From positions 103,585 to 167,584 of IMG/VR virus record IMGVR_UViG_3300042484_002041: 64,000 bases of DNA; one strand, written 5' to 3'. The notes below the pieces were generated by a model, which was given only the letters and a program-made list of their open reading frames with translations, had not been told where the DNA came from and made no database searches. The position numbers and the translations under genes are program-made. Source of the DNA: a virus. Positions 31,801 to 39,708 of the stretch are shown here, in pieces (positions within the stretch are counted from its first letter, which is position 1; each line of letters starts with the position of its first letter).

Positions 31801-34293
31801 TCGAGCTGTGCCACCATCGGTATACCCAAACAAACGACTACCAGTAAAGGTCGAGCTTGGATACACTGATCGATCAGCATAACTCACTCCCTGTGAGTCT
31901 CGAACGTTAAACAACGGTGCTTGGTTGACGCTGGTTTTTTCTTGTGCTAGATTCCAGGCCGCACCGTCATACCAAAAGCTTTGCCCTTGGCGGTTAACCC
32001 CATTAAGACAAACTACTGTTTGATTGATCTGGGTAAGACTATCGGGGACCGGAACAAGATCAATGATCAAGATTCCAGAGTTATTTGGATCAATAAATTG
32101 AACTTCAAACACACGGTCTCGTACCTGGGTGTCAATGTCCGCAGCAAAAATCACCCGTGTTCCGGTAACAAATTGATACCCATCAACTGCATAGCCGCGC
32201 TGTCCATTGATGTTGGAGAATGCGTCTGTTTCAGTAAAATCAATAATGTTTATTGGCAACTTACCTTGTGTACCAAAATTATAAAGTTCTGTGCCGGCAC
32301 GTATTTCAACAATAGGACGTTTTGCTCGAGTATTGTTGTCAAGTACTGCGACTTGATTTGTGTACTCAGCTGTGGCGTTGATCACATCAATATGGAACCA
32401 ACGGTTACTCCGACTCCACGCATTACGATCTCGTGCTGCACGGTTGATTGTAAGATAATCTGGAATAATTGGTGCATTTAAACTGCCATCAAACGCAAAT
32501 GCATCATAGGGAGAACTACTAAACGGGTCGGTAGCACTACGAGTATATGTTTCGGGTGTAACAAGTTCGCGTATTGGAATTAATTGAATACCATTGCCAC
32601 GGGTAGCACCAGCAATTCCTGTAGCAGGCAATGCTGCGCCAGCAGGTCCGCCGGCACCGGGGTTGGCCAAGCTCTCGGCTACAGTGTCATAGATATTCTG
32701 TTGGTACTCGGCTGCATTATATTCCAGCCCTGTTCTCTTTTGATTTTGATAGTAGTGCCATGTTCCAAAGTATGCCTCTCCGTCAATAAATCCCACACGA
32801 AAATCAATTCCCGGGCCGGTCCCAACTCCCTCCACATAGAACGAAAGTGTTTGAAATTCCGGTGGCTCAACTAATCCACGCAACTGAATTTTAAGTCCGT
32901 TAGTAAACACCACTCCATTAGGACTGGTGTAAGTACGTGCTCCAATAATCTCATCAATGTCAAGTGGCTCGTTCTGCTCAGGATCAACAAGACGGATACG
33001 TCCGAACATCTCTGGAGAAGTACTGTCTTGGTAGTACAATGTATCCAGCACAGCAGTTAGCAAGGGAACTTGTTCAAAATACCCTTGTGCTGTTTTATAC
33101 CATTGTGTACTACTGTACTGGGTACCAAACGAAATTTGAAACTTATCAAAAATTTCAATCGGACGGATTGCATTTAATTGCATGTACTGGCGGTCATCAC
33201 CATCAGTGATGTACTGTATCTGCCAAACGGAATAGCGATTTGCTAAACCTGTAATTACAGTAGCTTGATCAAACAGCAAGCTGTCGTAACTGCCAGGCCA
33301 GTCGTCAAGCGGATCAGGGTCATTAATCGGGGCAGTACGAACCAGTGGATCGAATAAGGTAGTCTGAGTCCAATCTTGATCAGTAGGGGCTTGATTGACA
33401 AAAATTACAGTGCGTCCATTTAGCCCAGTAATACCATCAATACCACCGGGAAAACTTGCTTGGAAATCATCAACGTAGACATTGTTTAGATCGTAGAAAC
33501 TTACTGTAGTCGACACCAAGTCGGCATTTGGCACGGTCGACAACGTGTAGTAAAAGTCCTGGGCGGTCTTTAACGGAACATTAAAGGTCACAGTACCCGA
33601 GTCGTTTCCGTTGTTAGCTACACCCAATACATCGCGGCTAGAAATGTTCGGCGAAGACGGTAACCGGCCGTTGACACCGGGTACAGTTTGAATCCAAAAT
33701 CCATTCCCAGTTTGATTGACGTTGAAGTTATAGGTACCGCCACGGACCAAAGTAACGGATGGGTTATCGTCCCGTAGGCCCGTGAATCGATATGCTCTTG
33801 TATCAAATGTGTCAACCCGCATAACATCCCAGGAATATTCGGTGGGATATTGTATTACGCCAACGTTGACGCTATCGGGACCTGCCGGCAGCCAGTAGTA
33901 CTGACTGTAGTTTACTAGCTTGTCTAAATCACAAAACGGATCCCAGGAATAGTATTCGCTTTCAAACAATCGATCTTCTAATTGAGTATTGGCGCCTTCA
34001 AGAGCCAGTGCGTCGATCATACCCGGGTAGGTAATAGCGTCAATTGCCCGCTTGGTTTCAGTTTTATAAAAAATAACACCCGGGTCAAGTTGATAGTTTG
34101 TTCTTGTTGCAGTTGGCTCAACTACATAATTGTCCGCTGGATTAACGCCAGGACCCACACGATTACCGACCCATCCGTAGGTCTTTTTAACAGCCGGTTC
34201 TTGTGTAAGCTGATCTAACGTTGCCGCAAGAAACTTTTTGTTAGTTTCAGTGCGGAATATTTCTGGTAGTAAATCTACAGTTTTGCGTGCCAT
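19825..34293 (-). CDS. Giant 4822-aa virion structural protein (baseplate/tail; FG-GAP propeller, CBM-like and beta-sandwich repeats)
   Basis: Uninterrupted 14.5-kb ORF directly downstream of the gp6-like gene; seven FG...GAP repeats; repeated V-x-V-N-G...Y...I-x-F...P modules. Confidence 0.85.
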   Translation of the reverse strand: MARKTVDLLPEIFRTETNKKFLAATLDQLTQEPAVKKTYGWVGNRVGPGVNPADNYVVEPTATRTNYQLDPGVIFYKTETKRAIDAITYPGMIDALALEGANTQLEDRLFESEYYSWDPFCDLDKLVNYSQYYWLPAGPDSVNVGVIQYPTEYSWDVMRVDTFDTRAYRFTGLRDDNPSVTLVRGGTYNFNVNQTGNGFWIQTVPGVNGRLPSSPNISSRDVLGVANNGNDSGTVTFNVPLKTAQDFYYTLSTVPNADLVSTTVSFYDLNNVYVDDFQASFPGGIDGITGLNGRTVIFVNQAPTDQDWTQTTLFDPLVRTAPINDPDPLDDWPGSYDSLLFDQATVITGLANRYSVWQIQYITDGDDRQYMQLNAIRPIEIFDKFQISFGTQYSSTQWYKTAQGYFEQVPLLTAVLDTLYYQDSTSPEMFGRIRLVDPEQNEPLDIDEIIGARTYTSPNGVVFTNGLKIQLRGLVEPPEFQTLSFYVEGVGTGPGIDFRVGFIDGEAYFGTWHYYQNQKRTGLEYNAAEYQQNIYDTVAESLANPGAGGPAGAALPATGIAGATRGNGIQLIPIRELVTPETYTRSATDPFSSSPYDAFAFDGSLNAPIIPDYLTINRAARDRNAWSRSNRWFHIDVINATAEYTNQVAVLDNNTRAKRPIVEIRAGTELYNFGTQGKLPINIIDFTETDAFSNINGQRGYAVDGYQFVTGTRVIFAADIDTQVRDRVFEVQFIDPNNSGILIIDLVPVPDSLTQINQTVVCLNGVNRQGQSFWYDGAAWNLAQEKTSVNQAPLFNVRDSQGVSYADRSVYPSSTFTGSRLFGYTDGGTARTDAVLGFGLKYLNINNVGDILFSNYLYTDSFIYVRNNVSSEIPISQGFVRQYIDRTQFSPLIGWQTAAAENRSRQVFRFTYAGEPLVFDVPPATDTVYPVLQLFIEGVFIDPTQYVITSTTTTTTVTFTSIQLVGVLIEAQIISDVRSNFAYYQVPLNLENNPLNENSDAFTLGTIRNHYNSIGQNLKNIQGPINGANNTRDLGDIIPYGTNIVQNSSPLTLTGVFLRRQQYELFNSLRFNGQEYEKYKAIFLDLASKGDFINNTPTEILDQVILEISVGKSDQLPFYWSDMIPSGETYILNTYTYSLISTPVFDTTYVYDFTSSNFQGLLIYLNGNILTFGYEYTVGVDSPTVTITVPLAVGDTIAIREYSATYGSYIPNTPTKMGLYPAYLPQIFVDQTSVTDTLVIQGHDGSITRAFGDFRDQVLLEFETRIFNNLKIKSPIPIDLADVLPGQFRTTDYNLGEINQILSTSFLSWIGWNKLDYTTQRYLANNQFTWNYSQSADRLTGDVLPGAWRGIYNYFYDTIYPNTRPWEMLGFSQEPDWWQNEYGPAPYTSGNLVLWEDLQAGLVRDPAGFYVLQQYKRPDLLRVIPSDSEGNLLSPLSATVGNYDATSFRRPWQFGDDGPVENSWRSSSAWPFAVMRLLALTKPAKFFSLFEDRDRYVYDDALEQYLWDGRYRLDAKNLTPLYGNGTSKASYINWIIDYNRMGGNTSTEDLSIGLANIGVQLCWRAAAFTDKQYLKIYTERGTPNSLNTGLMLPDESYQILLYKNQAFERAVYSSVIVQRTDTGWAVVGYSTTRPYFEIFVSQSAGPRQNLTVGNATATINTMYTDNIVQVPYGYVFTTFNGVCDFLVSYGRLLKDKGFTFDARENGYELDWVQMAREFLYWIQQGWSVGSVINLNPTATKLSITVPGAVAESIATPTVNNLILNQNRIPIPGSSLVIDRLENTFTVTSINNDTINYIDLRFTSFEHLIALDNVSIFADLIYQPVTGARQSRVQVSGVLSADWNGTVNAPGFVINQDTVLEWIPNRKYAKGEIVQFKNDYWAASKIIEPSQQFNYALWLKSDYDEIQIGLLPNSAMASNQLATSYSVYDANLEQEVDLFSFGLIGFRPREYMQSLNLDDISQVSLYQQFLGTKGTLRSAELFTYANLGKETSQYDIYEYWAILKSQYGATANRNYVELLLNEALFKSDPALIQVINPGQTSKSDQIVLLENVWKSSAKLTSPDFLPTTNVVVGDSILPSAGYVDLDDVDITVFSLDDPQNVNAALLTVGVGTTIWVAKINSYNWGVFRSDPIPGQIVTVSDNLDGFVLVTFNIAHGLAKSDYLVIKYFDPAINGIYRVQSIPGIYSVLINYTFTDGRDVATGTGVGFTLQTSRVAQPSDIVDLPYAKSLLPGAKVWVDNNGQSHWTMLEKTDVFKGVQEFAPTVQEDSQRFGAAIAQGFRNLSALVGAPGYNSGAGGIFSYVKESSDQYVQDEIIITLSTADTVGFGSTIDIGDQTWAIAGAPESAGGIGYAVTIYRPANTPQFELRQLLVAPDADGSTIVEFGYSATISQDERWMYIGAPGENKVYAYGLQSVEERVTEYITSPGVIVYSLLPILGDTSLTDTQIGVVLNNRILILNTDYQIDGTNVILGQSPPQGQRLVLSRRSVVQLDTANYNNVSGTVSPGGGTGATFLVNVVRGQYSVSIINPGDNYTPGDQILILYTEIGGSSPANDLVITVGQTGPTYNTIVNGAATQLTVSSTTGLAAGQKIYYYSGSGSITVGTEIVSVDSATQFTIDTPIPGSSSISYTLVFFADLNPITQLDPNVQTGTGNDTTASFDITVELSTVSSSNIFSFTVAVNGVLYRPYIDYTYSSGIVTFDNLLPTFPVLGDSIIVSARDYWDPIATLTPATAAGTDRFGHSVTTTTDGRQLIIGCPDVDVVGEETYTKAGKVYIYCRSVQRFQVTNASQLAYTTVETPIEPVAVLHNGEFLVNSADYLDGNYSLSGNIVTLSNSVSLTVGDTIEIETNQFHLVQVIESNTPDNNASYGNALDICVNNCSLYVGAPNDSIALPQAGSVEFLSNPSRVYGTTTSTIANPTLSIGNYLSINDVFVEVTGTSIADLISDINAAISSGALPNVTVTATNDVTLIGTGATTVFNIGSIYSDASAYTTVVYVNDVLQIYTTDYTYDNTTEEIIFVSAPVSGAAIVVVSGRIVFAVKNYNSAPVRNKLRVLPGIGAVLDDSSNASTVFDDLGFDTYVWVQTLISPVPQDRANFGKSVFISDQVTSLIIGAPNGSTIAATTFDQGKTYFDSFSTAFADTVIESGAVYEYDMLPSANPSLTNSAKFVFGQQIYDNEITAYGKFGTALNYTTGELLVGAPGRVNAVNVDGTPSVDWGRMVQFTNPTHAPVWQPRRVQQPVVDINLLNTVFMYDRVSNAPKQYFDYFDPLQGRMLGAIAQNINYTGAIDPAAYNIGTVNNYGVHWDEVRVGHIWWNTTNTRFIDPNQNDIVYASRRWGQVFPGSIIEVFQWISSSTPPINYTGPGIPYAFNSYTATSSVNEQGLFIVTYYFWVAGLVTVNQQAKKTLSTNTIAQYIANPRASGIPYIAPVNSSTVAVYNGLEYIVASDTVLHVEFDQQFNDSVVHSEYQLISNRSDGFLNDGLYQKFQDSFSGEDLQGAAVPDPFLSPSEKYGVTTRPRQSMFRNRFLALQNYLGEANTVLAELPITEMRKFNLLNSSEPEPSATSGAWDKRLANQEELAYQNLAEVPIGYRYLVASDSEFNGLWTIYQLAETGPQQLRYLVLIRVQTYDTKRYWSYQNWYLAGYNPLTRPVTEVSNASALLTLTVAEGSSVKVTANAQGKWEIYRYTNATWVRVGLQTGTIKFSNFLWDYSAGRFGFDVEVFDAQYYDQEPTIETRKIIQAINQELFIDDLAIERNNLLTLMFNFILSEQQAPLWLTKTSLIDVDHTIRQLLPYQIYREDNQDFVLNYIQEVKPYHVQIRQFNLIYNGFDQFLGSLTDFDLPAYWDPTQGLFVSPVLDNSGTLSTTSSVPSTSTVWQTFPWNQWYQNYLLTVDSVVMIDNGSGYTFEPAVVITGDSAVAAELVAKINSAGRVIGIEIISAGSGYSETPVITIVGDGVGARAYANLSNALVRNIKTTIKYDRYQYQTDVQEWVPNENYDNGTLVRYINRVWEATSDDSTGVQSETFDPQQWTVVPAGDLNGVDRTMGYYVATPNEPGLDLALLISGVDYPGVQVYGPDFDQDTGFDVGNFDINPYDNIAYGPEGLPTYDPAILDAIYESNFVDPYLGVGPSAIDVDGGAFVDTYSSHAPEELVPGAIFDTLDLRVYTTPGADWQSDGHGFPLISIGYQFTLAGTSYSFADLLEFPSAIRLFNKTVGNELVPSVDYVIDWVNQTVTVNSGVVTGNTLLIDVYELGGGNQFYRNRYNGADIGDTVVVPVAYSLISEVVVFVNGIFVTDYTYNTINISDTEIVFDAAWTSTDDVVVTILGSELPTTYSWSLPVTEYFVSAGELVYTLTNYLGGTNPANVIVEKNGVRARPVEGVEYIGDGSSLEYYLPVRGGYSQALIADNEVSVFVNNVRLTLGSQFTVTPYTGDPRTVVLAELPLIGTEVVITVSTASVYTIVGNVLTFKSGSGFIPIVNDVVSVTTWNDTAQQNILTQVFVGPETIGTLVSESYDSTLYDAGAITGDPGSYDYSQGTIIQTNRFDTGRIISNPNRIMVSLDGLYLYEGLNYVVDGTAIVISGPPIAVNEVVAITSFTQSVLPGGIAFRIFQDMRGQQSTYRITTSTTTQLVSVLNSDDAVIYVDDAGQLSEPNLTAGLFGLITINGERITYRTRDLITNTLSGLRRGTAGTAAADHAVGSAVYDIGIGNLLPVEYQDRIIAQNFLGDGTETVFTATEISISSLDSTELVEAVEVYVGGIKQMGGYIIITDSPVAIAFTTAPAAGYQVSIRIRQGLSWYHPGISTPSDGISLQDTNTLAARFIRGN

Positions 34294-34295
34294 TA

Positions 34296-37200
34296 TTAAT
34301 ACTCACCCGTTTGGCTAATTGTTGTTGATATTGTAGAACCTGTTACATTAACAGGATACAGACCCGCTACTGGCGTCTGACTGCGGATATTACTCTGTGT
34401 GAGTGCTTCGATAACCTCAACATCTGACACAGTGGCTGCGCTCACAAAAATTTCATTTGGCGCTGATCGGATTTCATAAAGATCACCGAAACTCTTTAAT
34501 GGGTTCAGCGGCACCAGCACTACTGAACTCACAATTGAACCCATTTGCCTGTGCAGATATGCAGATAGTTCAGAGAAGAAGAAGCTGTCTCCAAAATCCC
34601 ATTTATCAATTGTAAAATAAGAATTAACATTAGCAATAACTTGACTCTTGATTTCGCTTATGCTAGCAGTGCTCTTGGCAGCGCGAACTACTTTGATAGT
34701 TGCACGTAGTTCCGGGGCTGCCTTTGCGCCAAACAATGGTTTGAATACGACACTGTTAAGAACAATGTTATCAGATATCATCTTAAAGTCATTTAGCCTG
34801 CCGTACGCAGTGCTAAGATCAGCAATGGTGGGCATGGTTGGCATTAGCACAGTGCCAGTAGTATCCTTGATGTAGTTTTGATACGCAGTATAATACTCCT
34901 GCACCACCACATAGATATCAATGATATTAGTTGTGCCTGGGTCAATTACATTAGTAAGTGCACTATTGTGGCGGTACTGATAGTACAAATCTTGTCTACC
35001 GGTACGTGCAATAAAATCAGTACGTTGCGTCAAAGTACGTTGAACAAGACCGTTAACTGTTGCTACTGTTAGTTCATAGAACAATTTTGATATAGTAGTG
35101 TAAAATATTTGACCGTTAATGAATTCAGTCTTAACTAACTCAATAGTATCTAGTGTGGGGTACATGGTATTAACAATTCCCGATGCTAATGGCAGGTATC
35201 TCTCTAGATTATCAAAATCGGTTACTAGTTGTAAAAACACCAATTTGGTAGTGGGACTAACATTAGGTGCAACCAAATCATCAAAAAAGTCTGGGTTGTC
35301 TGCGACACCATCTGCATCGCTATCGGCAAAACTTACAACAACTTGATAGTCATTAACAAACCCATCACTTTCGATTGGCTGTGCAATGATATCCATTGTA
35401 ACATCAGACGGCAACGGCAGGTTTGAATCAGGACGACTATTGCTCTTGAGAGCCCGAACAAAGTCATTAATTACTAGCCCAGTTTTGGGATCATAGACTT
35501 TTTCGCTGCCGTCAAAAAAGAATCGTGTCTCAATGACGCTAGCAAAGAGGTAATCAAGCCCACGGTTAACCACAGTGTACTTGATTCCATTTGTTGTAAA
35601 CTGGACTAACCAAGAAGCATCAAGATTTAATCCTGCTGTGTTTTGTGCATAGGTCAGGCTAAAGGTCGAGTCGGCTGCTAAGTTTGTGCTGGTAATAATA
35701 TACCAAGATGCGTTAAGGTAATCATATCCGAGTCCAAAATTACGTGCTAGTTCAACTTGTTGCAGTATCTGTTGTTGAATTGCATTAGGAAGATCATCAA
35801 CAAACTTAGGAATAACTTCTAATGCTAGTGCGCCAGCAGGCACAAAATTATTCAGTGCAACCGGGCCTATTCCGTCGGGCAAGTTGCCTAACCCTTGCGC
35901 TGTGCCATCTAACACAACTGCAATTATTGTTGCCCAAATAACTATCTTGTCGCCCGGAGCAGTAGGTGTGCCAGCAATCAAACGATTGTTACTGTTGAAA
36001 TAATAACCGGCGGGTGGGCCAAATTTGATCAAGCTACCTTGTGTAAGATATTTGCAATTGTTAGTAGTATAGATACCAATTGGTTGCGGTAATCCTTTGT
36101 TATCTTTAAAGTAACCAGTGGTTTGATTGACCACAGTTGTGGTTTGTTGCCAAGACGTGCTTAGTACAGCAAGATTGGGTCTCGGAAAGTTAGTTGGATT
36201 GTAGTAAAACTGTAAGATGCTCCGGCTGGCCAGAAGTGGCTCGACTGTTTGTGTAAGAACATCCACAATGTCATTGACATTTATCCAATCAAATTGAAAG
36301 CTCGGCAATACATTTTCACGGTATAACACTCCGTCGCTACCAAAAATATTGGTGCTAGAATACTTGCCTGTAACGTCAGTCAAGTCAGTGTAGCGGCTAG
36401 TACCAGTTGAACTACGTGCAACTGCCTTGCTCTTGATAATTGAGTTATACTGTGTGAACGGGAAGTTGTTGTAATCTTCGCCATTGACCATACGGTTCTG
36501 AGTGTAGTAACGTGCAGGAGCACGTTGCTTGATCTCATCGATTGTTTCACGACTTTGGGCATTGCTTACCGGAGTAGTAATGCCGCAATTTAATGTAAGT
36601 GTTTCCAGGCGCCCATAGCGACTAACATAACTCACTTGGATTGCTACAGACTGCATTTCTTCAGGATTGATAACATACTCAAGCCCGTTGCTGGCGCGAA
36701 CATATGCGCGGAATATCCCGACCGGAATTTCTGCAAATACACCATCACCAAATGTCAGTGTGATTTGATCGTTGGCTCTGCTGGTAATGCTGTAAGTTTG
36801 CCGTTGATCCGGCGCCAACTGATTAACTGCAGCCGCATAGGTGTTTTGCACATAAAGCCACTCGCTAGCAATGCTGCCTAGGCCATCTAGCTTGTACAGC
36901 CAATGGTCCTCATCGTTACAGCCTTCAATGTTGATATTTACTGTGCGATTAGGCAATGCCTCGGCCAAGTTGAAGTCTTGGTTTTGCAATACGCCTTGTT
37001 TGAACAGAAAGAAAAACCCAGTATTATTACTTCCGAACCCTAGTTGGTCATTTCGGTACAGCATATTAAATGCGCCGCTGGGTTTTGGAGCTGGTTCGTA
37101 TACATAGTCTTTGCCTTGCGAGGTCCCGCTCACTGCTGCAAAAGGCATAGTAATGCCATCTACACTAGAAGTGTAGGGTACCACTGGCAAAAAACCCGGG

Positions 37201-37775
37201 ACAAGATTGAGAGTGTACTCGTCTGTTCGAATTCCCAACAGAGTTTGATCATTAGCCGGCCGGCCAAACTTTTGACTGTCAACAAGAGAAGCATTAACGA
37301 TAGCGATGAACTGCTCGAACCAATTTGGATTAGTTGGATCGTTCCAGTCAATAGTTAAGTTACTGAGATTTACGCCGTTGTAATCAATAACGCTTTCGCT
37401 GGTGGAAATTGAAAATACTTTAAGGAATCCCTGCGCTGCTTGATTACGTTTGGGTGTATAGCTAACCAAATTAGCCAGGCGTACCACGCTGTCACGTCGT
37501 TCAGCAGTGTCTAAAAAGTTTTCGCGGGCGTTTAAGTCATTACGGAATGCCAGCGACTGGCCCATAAATGCCATAACGTCCAGCAAGGCAACAAATTCTG
37601 ACGATTCAATGTAGTCGTTGAATGTCTCTGGGTAGTAAAGTCGCAGATAATCTATGAAACTTTTTCGTAATGTTTCAAAGTCGTAACTTTGAAAATCGGC
37701 TTCGCGATAGGTCTGGTATAATCTCTTCCAGTCCTCTACGCCGAATATAGCAGTTTGTCGTGCAGTCTTAGCCAT
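34296..37775 (-). CDS. gp6: Baseplate wedge subunit (T4 gp6-like)
   Basis: DFETLRKSFIDYL...DLNARENFLDTAERRDSVVRLA...SYTPKR; FGDGVF; ETIDEIKQRAP...TQNRMVNGEDY. Confidence 0.85.
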   Translation of the reverse strand: MAKTARQTAIFGVEDWKRLYQTYREADFQSYDFETLRKSFIDYLRLYYPETFNDYIESSEFVALLDVMAFMGQSLAFRNDLNARENFLDTAERRDSVVRLANLVSYTPKRNQAAQGFLKVFSISTSESVIDYNGVNLSNLTIDWNDPTNPNWFEQFIAIVNASLVDSQKFGRPANDQTLLGIRTDEYTLNLVPGFLPVVPYTSSVDGITMPFAAVSGTSQGKDYVYEPAPKPSGAFNMLYRNDQLGFGSNNTGFFFLFKQGVLQNQDFNLAEALPNRTVNINIEGCNDEDHWLYKLDGLGSIASEWLYVQNTYAAAVNQLAPDQRQTYSITSRANDQITLTFGDGVFAEIPVGIFRAYVRASNGLEYVINPEEMQSVAIQVSYVSRYGRLETLTLNCGITTPVSNAQSRETIDEIKQRAPARYYTQNRMVNGEDYNNFPFTQYNSIIKSKAVARSSTGTSRYTDLTDVTGKYSSTNIFGSDGVLYRENVLPSFQFDWINVNDIVDVLTQTVEPLLASRSILQFYYNPTNFPRPNLAVLSTSWQQTTTVVNQTTGYFKDNKGLPQPIGIYTTNNCKYLTQGSLIKFGPPAGYYFNSNNRLIAGTPTAPGDKIVIWATIIAVVLDGTAQGLGNLPDGIGPVALNNFVPAGALALEVIPKFVDDLPNAIQQQILQQVELARNFGLGYDYLNASWYIITSTNLAADSTFSLTYAQNTAGLNLDASWLVQFTTNGIKYTVVNRGLDYLFASVIETRFFFDGSEKVYDPKTGLVINDFVRALKSNSRPDSNLPLPSDVTMDIIAQPIESDGFVNDYQVVVSFADSDADGVADNPDFFDDLVAPNVSPTTKLVFLQLVTDFDNLERYLPLASGIVNTMYPTLDTIELVKTEFINGQIFYTTISKLFYELTVATVNGLVQRTLTQRTDFIARTGRQDLYYQYRHNSALTNVIDPGTTNIIDIYVVVQEYYTAYQNYIKDTTGTVLMPTMPTIADLSTAYGRLNDFKMISDNIVLNSVVFKPLFGAKAAPELRATIKVVRAAKSTASISEIKSQVIANVNSYFTIDKWDFGDSFFFSELSAYLHRQMGSIVSSVVLVPLNPLKSFGDLYEIRSAPNEIFVSAATVSDVEVIEALTQSNIRSQTPVAGLYPVNVTGSTISTTISQTGEY

Positions 37776-37822
37776 GGTCGCCCGTCTGTTTAAGTATTTA
37801 TGGTTCTCAAAACCATACAGTT

Positions 37823-38197
37823 TTAGACGTAGCTGGCTCGTCGGGTCTCTTGATTAAAGAATATAGATAAAAGTTCAGTGGTTTGATTTGGTACCAGCTG
37901 TACCAAGACCTCAATTAATATACCATTTTCCTGAGGATACAAATTAGCACTGGCAATATAAATCCTGGGGTCTTGACCGGCAACACGTTGTATTTCAGCA
38001 AGCATGGCAGCTTCAGTGTCCGGTGTTTGATTCTCAAACAGGTAATGCCAAATTGTAGTGCCGTATGCCGGCCGACCCGGTAATTCACCCTGTTGGATAT
38101 TAAATGCGTTCGAAAGATCCCGCTTGATCAATGCAAAATCCAGTAGTGTGAATTTTTTGTATTGATTGATAGTACTAAATCCAATGAATGTCGACAT
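37823..38197 (-). CDS. gp25: Baseplate wedge subunit (gp25/GPW-like)
   Basis: IKRDLSNAFNIQQGELPGRPAYGTTIWHYLFE...DPRI. Confidence 0.85.
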   Translation of the reverse strand: MSTFIGFSTINQYKKFTLLDFALIKRDLSNAFNIQQGELPGRPAYGTTIWHYLFENQTPDTEAAMLAEIQRVAGQDPRIYIASANLYPQENGILIEVLVQLVPNQTTELLSIFFNQETRRASYV

Positions 38198-38208
38198 GCT
38201 AATATTTA

Positions 38209-39708
38209 TTATAGAAAACGTCGAACTATTGGACCAAACGCAATTGCCGGGATTTTTGGATCACCTAATATTGACTTGGCTGCTGCGTCAACACTGGCTC
38301 TGTCCACAGTGCCCACAATTCCTGCTGGGTTAAAGGCTGCCTTGGCTGCTGCTTCTGCGCCACCAAGTAATCCCCCTAGCCCTCCAACAATTCCCCCTAG
38401 ACTACTTCCTAAGCTACCAATTGCACCCGATAATGCACTGTTAAGCTGACCTGTTAACGCAGCAGCCGGATTCCCGAGTGCTCCTGTAATTTTTCCACCA
38501 ATGCCGCCCAGCGCGCCTTGCAACTGCCCTGTGATGCTACCGACAGCGCCCGATGTACTACCTAGGCTGCTTAACGTACTAGCGGCTCCGCCTAGTGCGC
38601 TCGAAGCTGCGCCACTTAGTGCACCAGTAACGCTACCTAGTGCTCCTGAGGCCGCACTACTTAAAGCACCAGTGGCCCCACTTAATGCACTCGAGGCTGC
38701 ACCACTAAGGGCGCCTGCTGCGCCAGCGATAGAACCCCCTAATATGCTAGTGGCCTGAGTAGGCAAGCTACCGAGCCCGGGAATTTTGTTTAGCATAGCA
38801 GGTGCATTAGCCAAGTCTGTTATAGTTTTTAGAGCCGGGTTGTCTGCTAACGCTGGAATTTTTGCAAGACTTGCAACACTGCCGATCCCCGGTAACGAGT
38901 TTAATTGATTAGTAACCAGGTTGACTGCTTGCTGGCCACTTTTAGCAACGTCATTGATCTGCCCCGCAAGGCCTGCAGGTGCTTTCCCCGCTGCCCAAGC
39001 TGCTACATCAGTTGCACCAAACTTGCTTGCTGCTTGCACTAACCCGCCCAGGTTCTTCGCTGATTCTAGGCCGTTAACCACACCTAGTTTTTTCAACTGC
39101 GACATCCCGGCATTCATAACGCTTTGTTGCGCTTCGCTTTGAAGCTTAGAGTTAGTAACAAATCCGCCTAGGTCAGAAACTCCGTTCTTGCCAGTCCACA
39201 TCGAGGGACTTGCAAGTAAACTTTGTAATTTTTCTGGGTCAACCCCGGCGCTAAAATACGTTGCCACGGTCCCGGGTTTCAAAAATCCCTGCTGCTCGAG
39301 TTGACTTGGGCTCAATCCGTATGTGCCTATTCCGGCTGCTAATGGTGATGTGCCAGCGGGCAGCAATGATCGTGCTGTTGCGGTAAGAGATTGGGCCTGT
39401 GCTAACAGGCCTGTAACTTGCGAAGTATTCAACGATCCAATTGAGATACTGGCTACGCCTTGCTTTAACACATCTGCTGCAGACACAGCTTGTAGAATTG
39501 GCACGGTAGCTAATCCTGCTATTGTAGCTGCTGTCTGTGTTCCTATAGCGGACAACCCTTTTAATGCTTGCCCTGGACCAATTGCGCTTAATGTGCCGGC
39601 ATTAAGCTGCCGCTCGTATACAATTTTTGCCTGCTCGGGAGTTGTATCGTTGGGCACCGTTACGGTATAGTTGTTACCGTTCGAATCCGTGAAATTAAAA
39701 TCTTTCAT
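38209..39708 (-). CDS. Baseplate-associated protein with possible lysozyme-like core and G/A/S/L low-complexity tail
   Basis: GIGTYGLSPSQLEQQGFLKPG...WTGKNG; C-terminal GALSGAASSAL-type repeats; lies between the gp5- and gp25-like genes. Confidence 0.55.
   Translation of the reverse strand: MKDFNFTDSNGNNYTVTVPNDTTPEQAKIVYERQLNAGTLSAIGPGQALKGLSAIGTQTAATIAGLATVPILQAVSAADVLKQGVASISIGSLNTSQVTGLLAQAQSLTATARSLLPAGTSPLAAGIGTYGLSPSQLEQQGFLKPGTVATYFSAGVDPEKLQSLLASPSMWTGKNGVSDLGGFVTNSKLQSEAQQSVMNAGMSQLKKLGVVNGLESAKNLGGLVQAASKFGATDVAAWAAGKAPAGLAGQINDVAKSGQQAVNLVTNQLNSLPGIGSVASLAKIPALADNPALKTITDLANAPAMLNKIPGLGSLPTQATSILGGSIAGAAGALSGAASSALSGATGALSSAASGALGSVTGALSGAASSALGGAASTLSSLGSTSGAVGSITGQLQGALGGIGGKITGALGNPAAALTGQLNSALSGAIGSLGSSLGGIVGGLGGLLGGAEAAAKAAFNPAGIVGTVDRASVDAAAKSILGDPKIPAIAFGPIVRRFL

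Noticed and set aside
19825-34293. Intein or fused mobile element explaining the giant ORF
   Set aside because: No intein splice-junction or LAGLIDADG/HNH motifs noticed; the length is explained by structural repeats.
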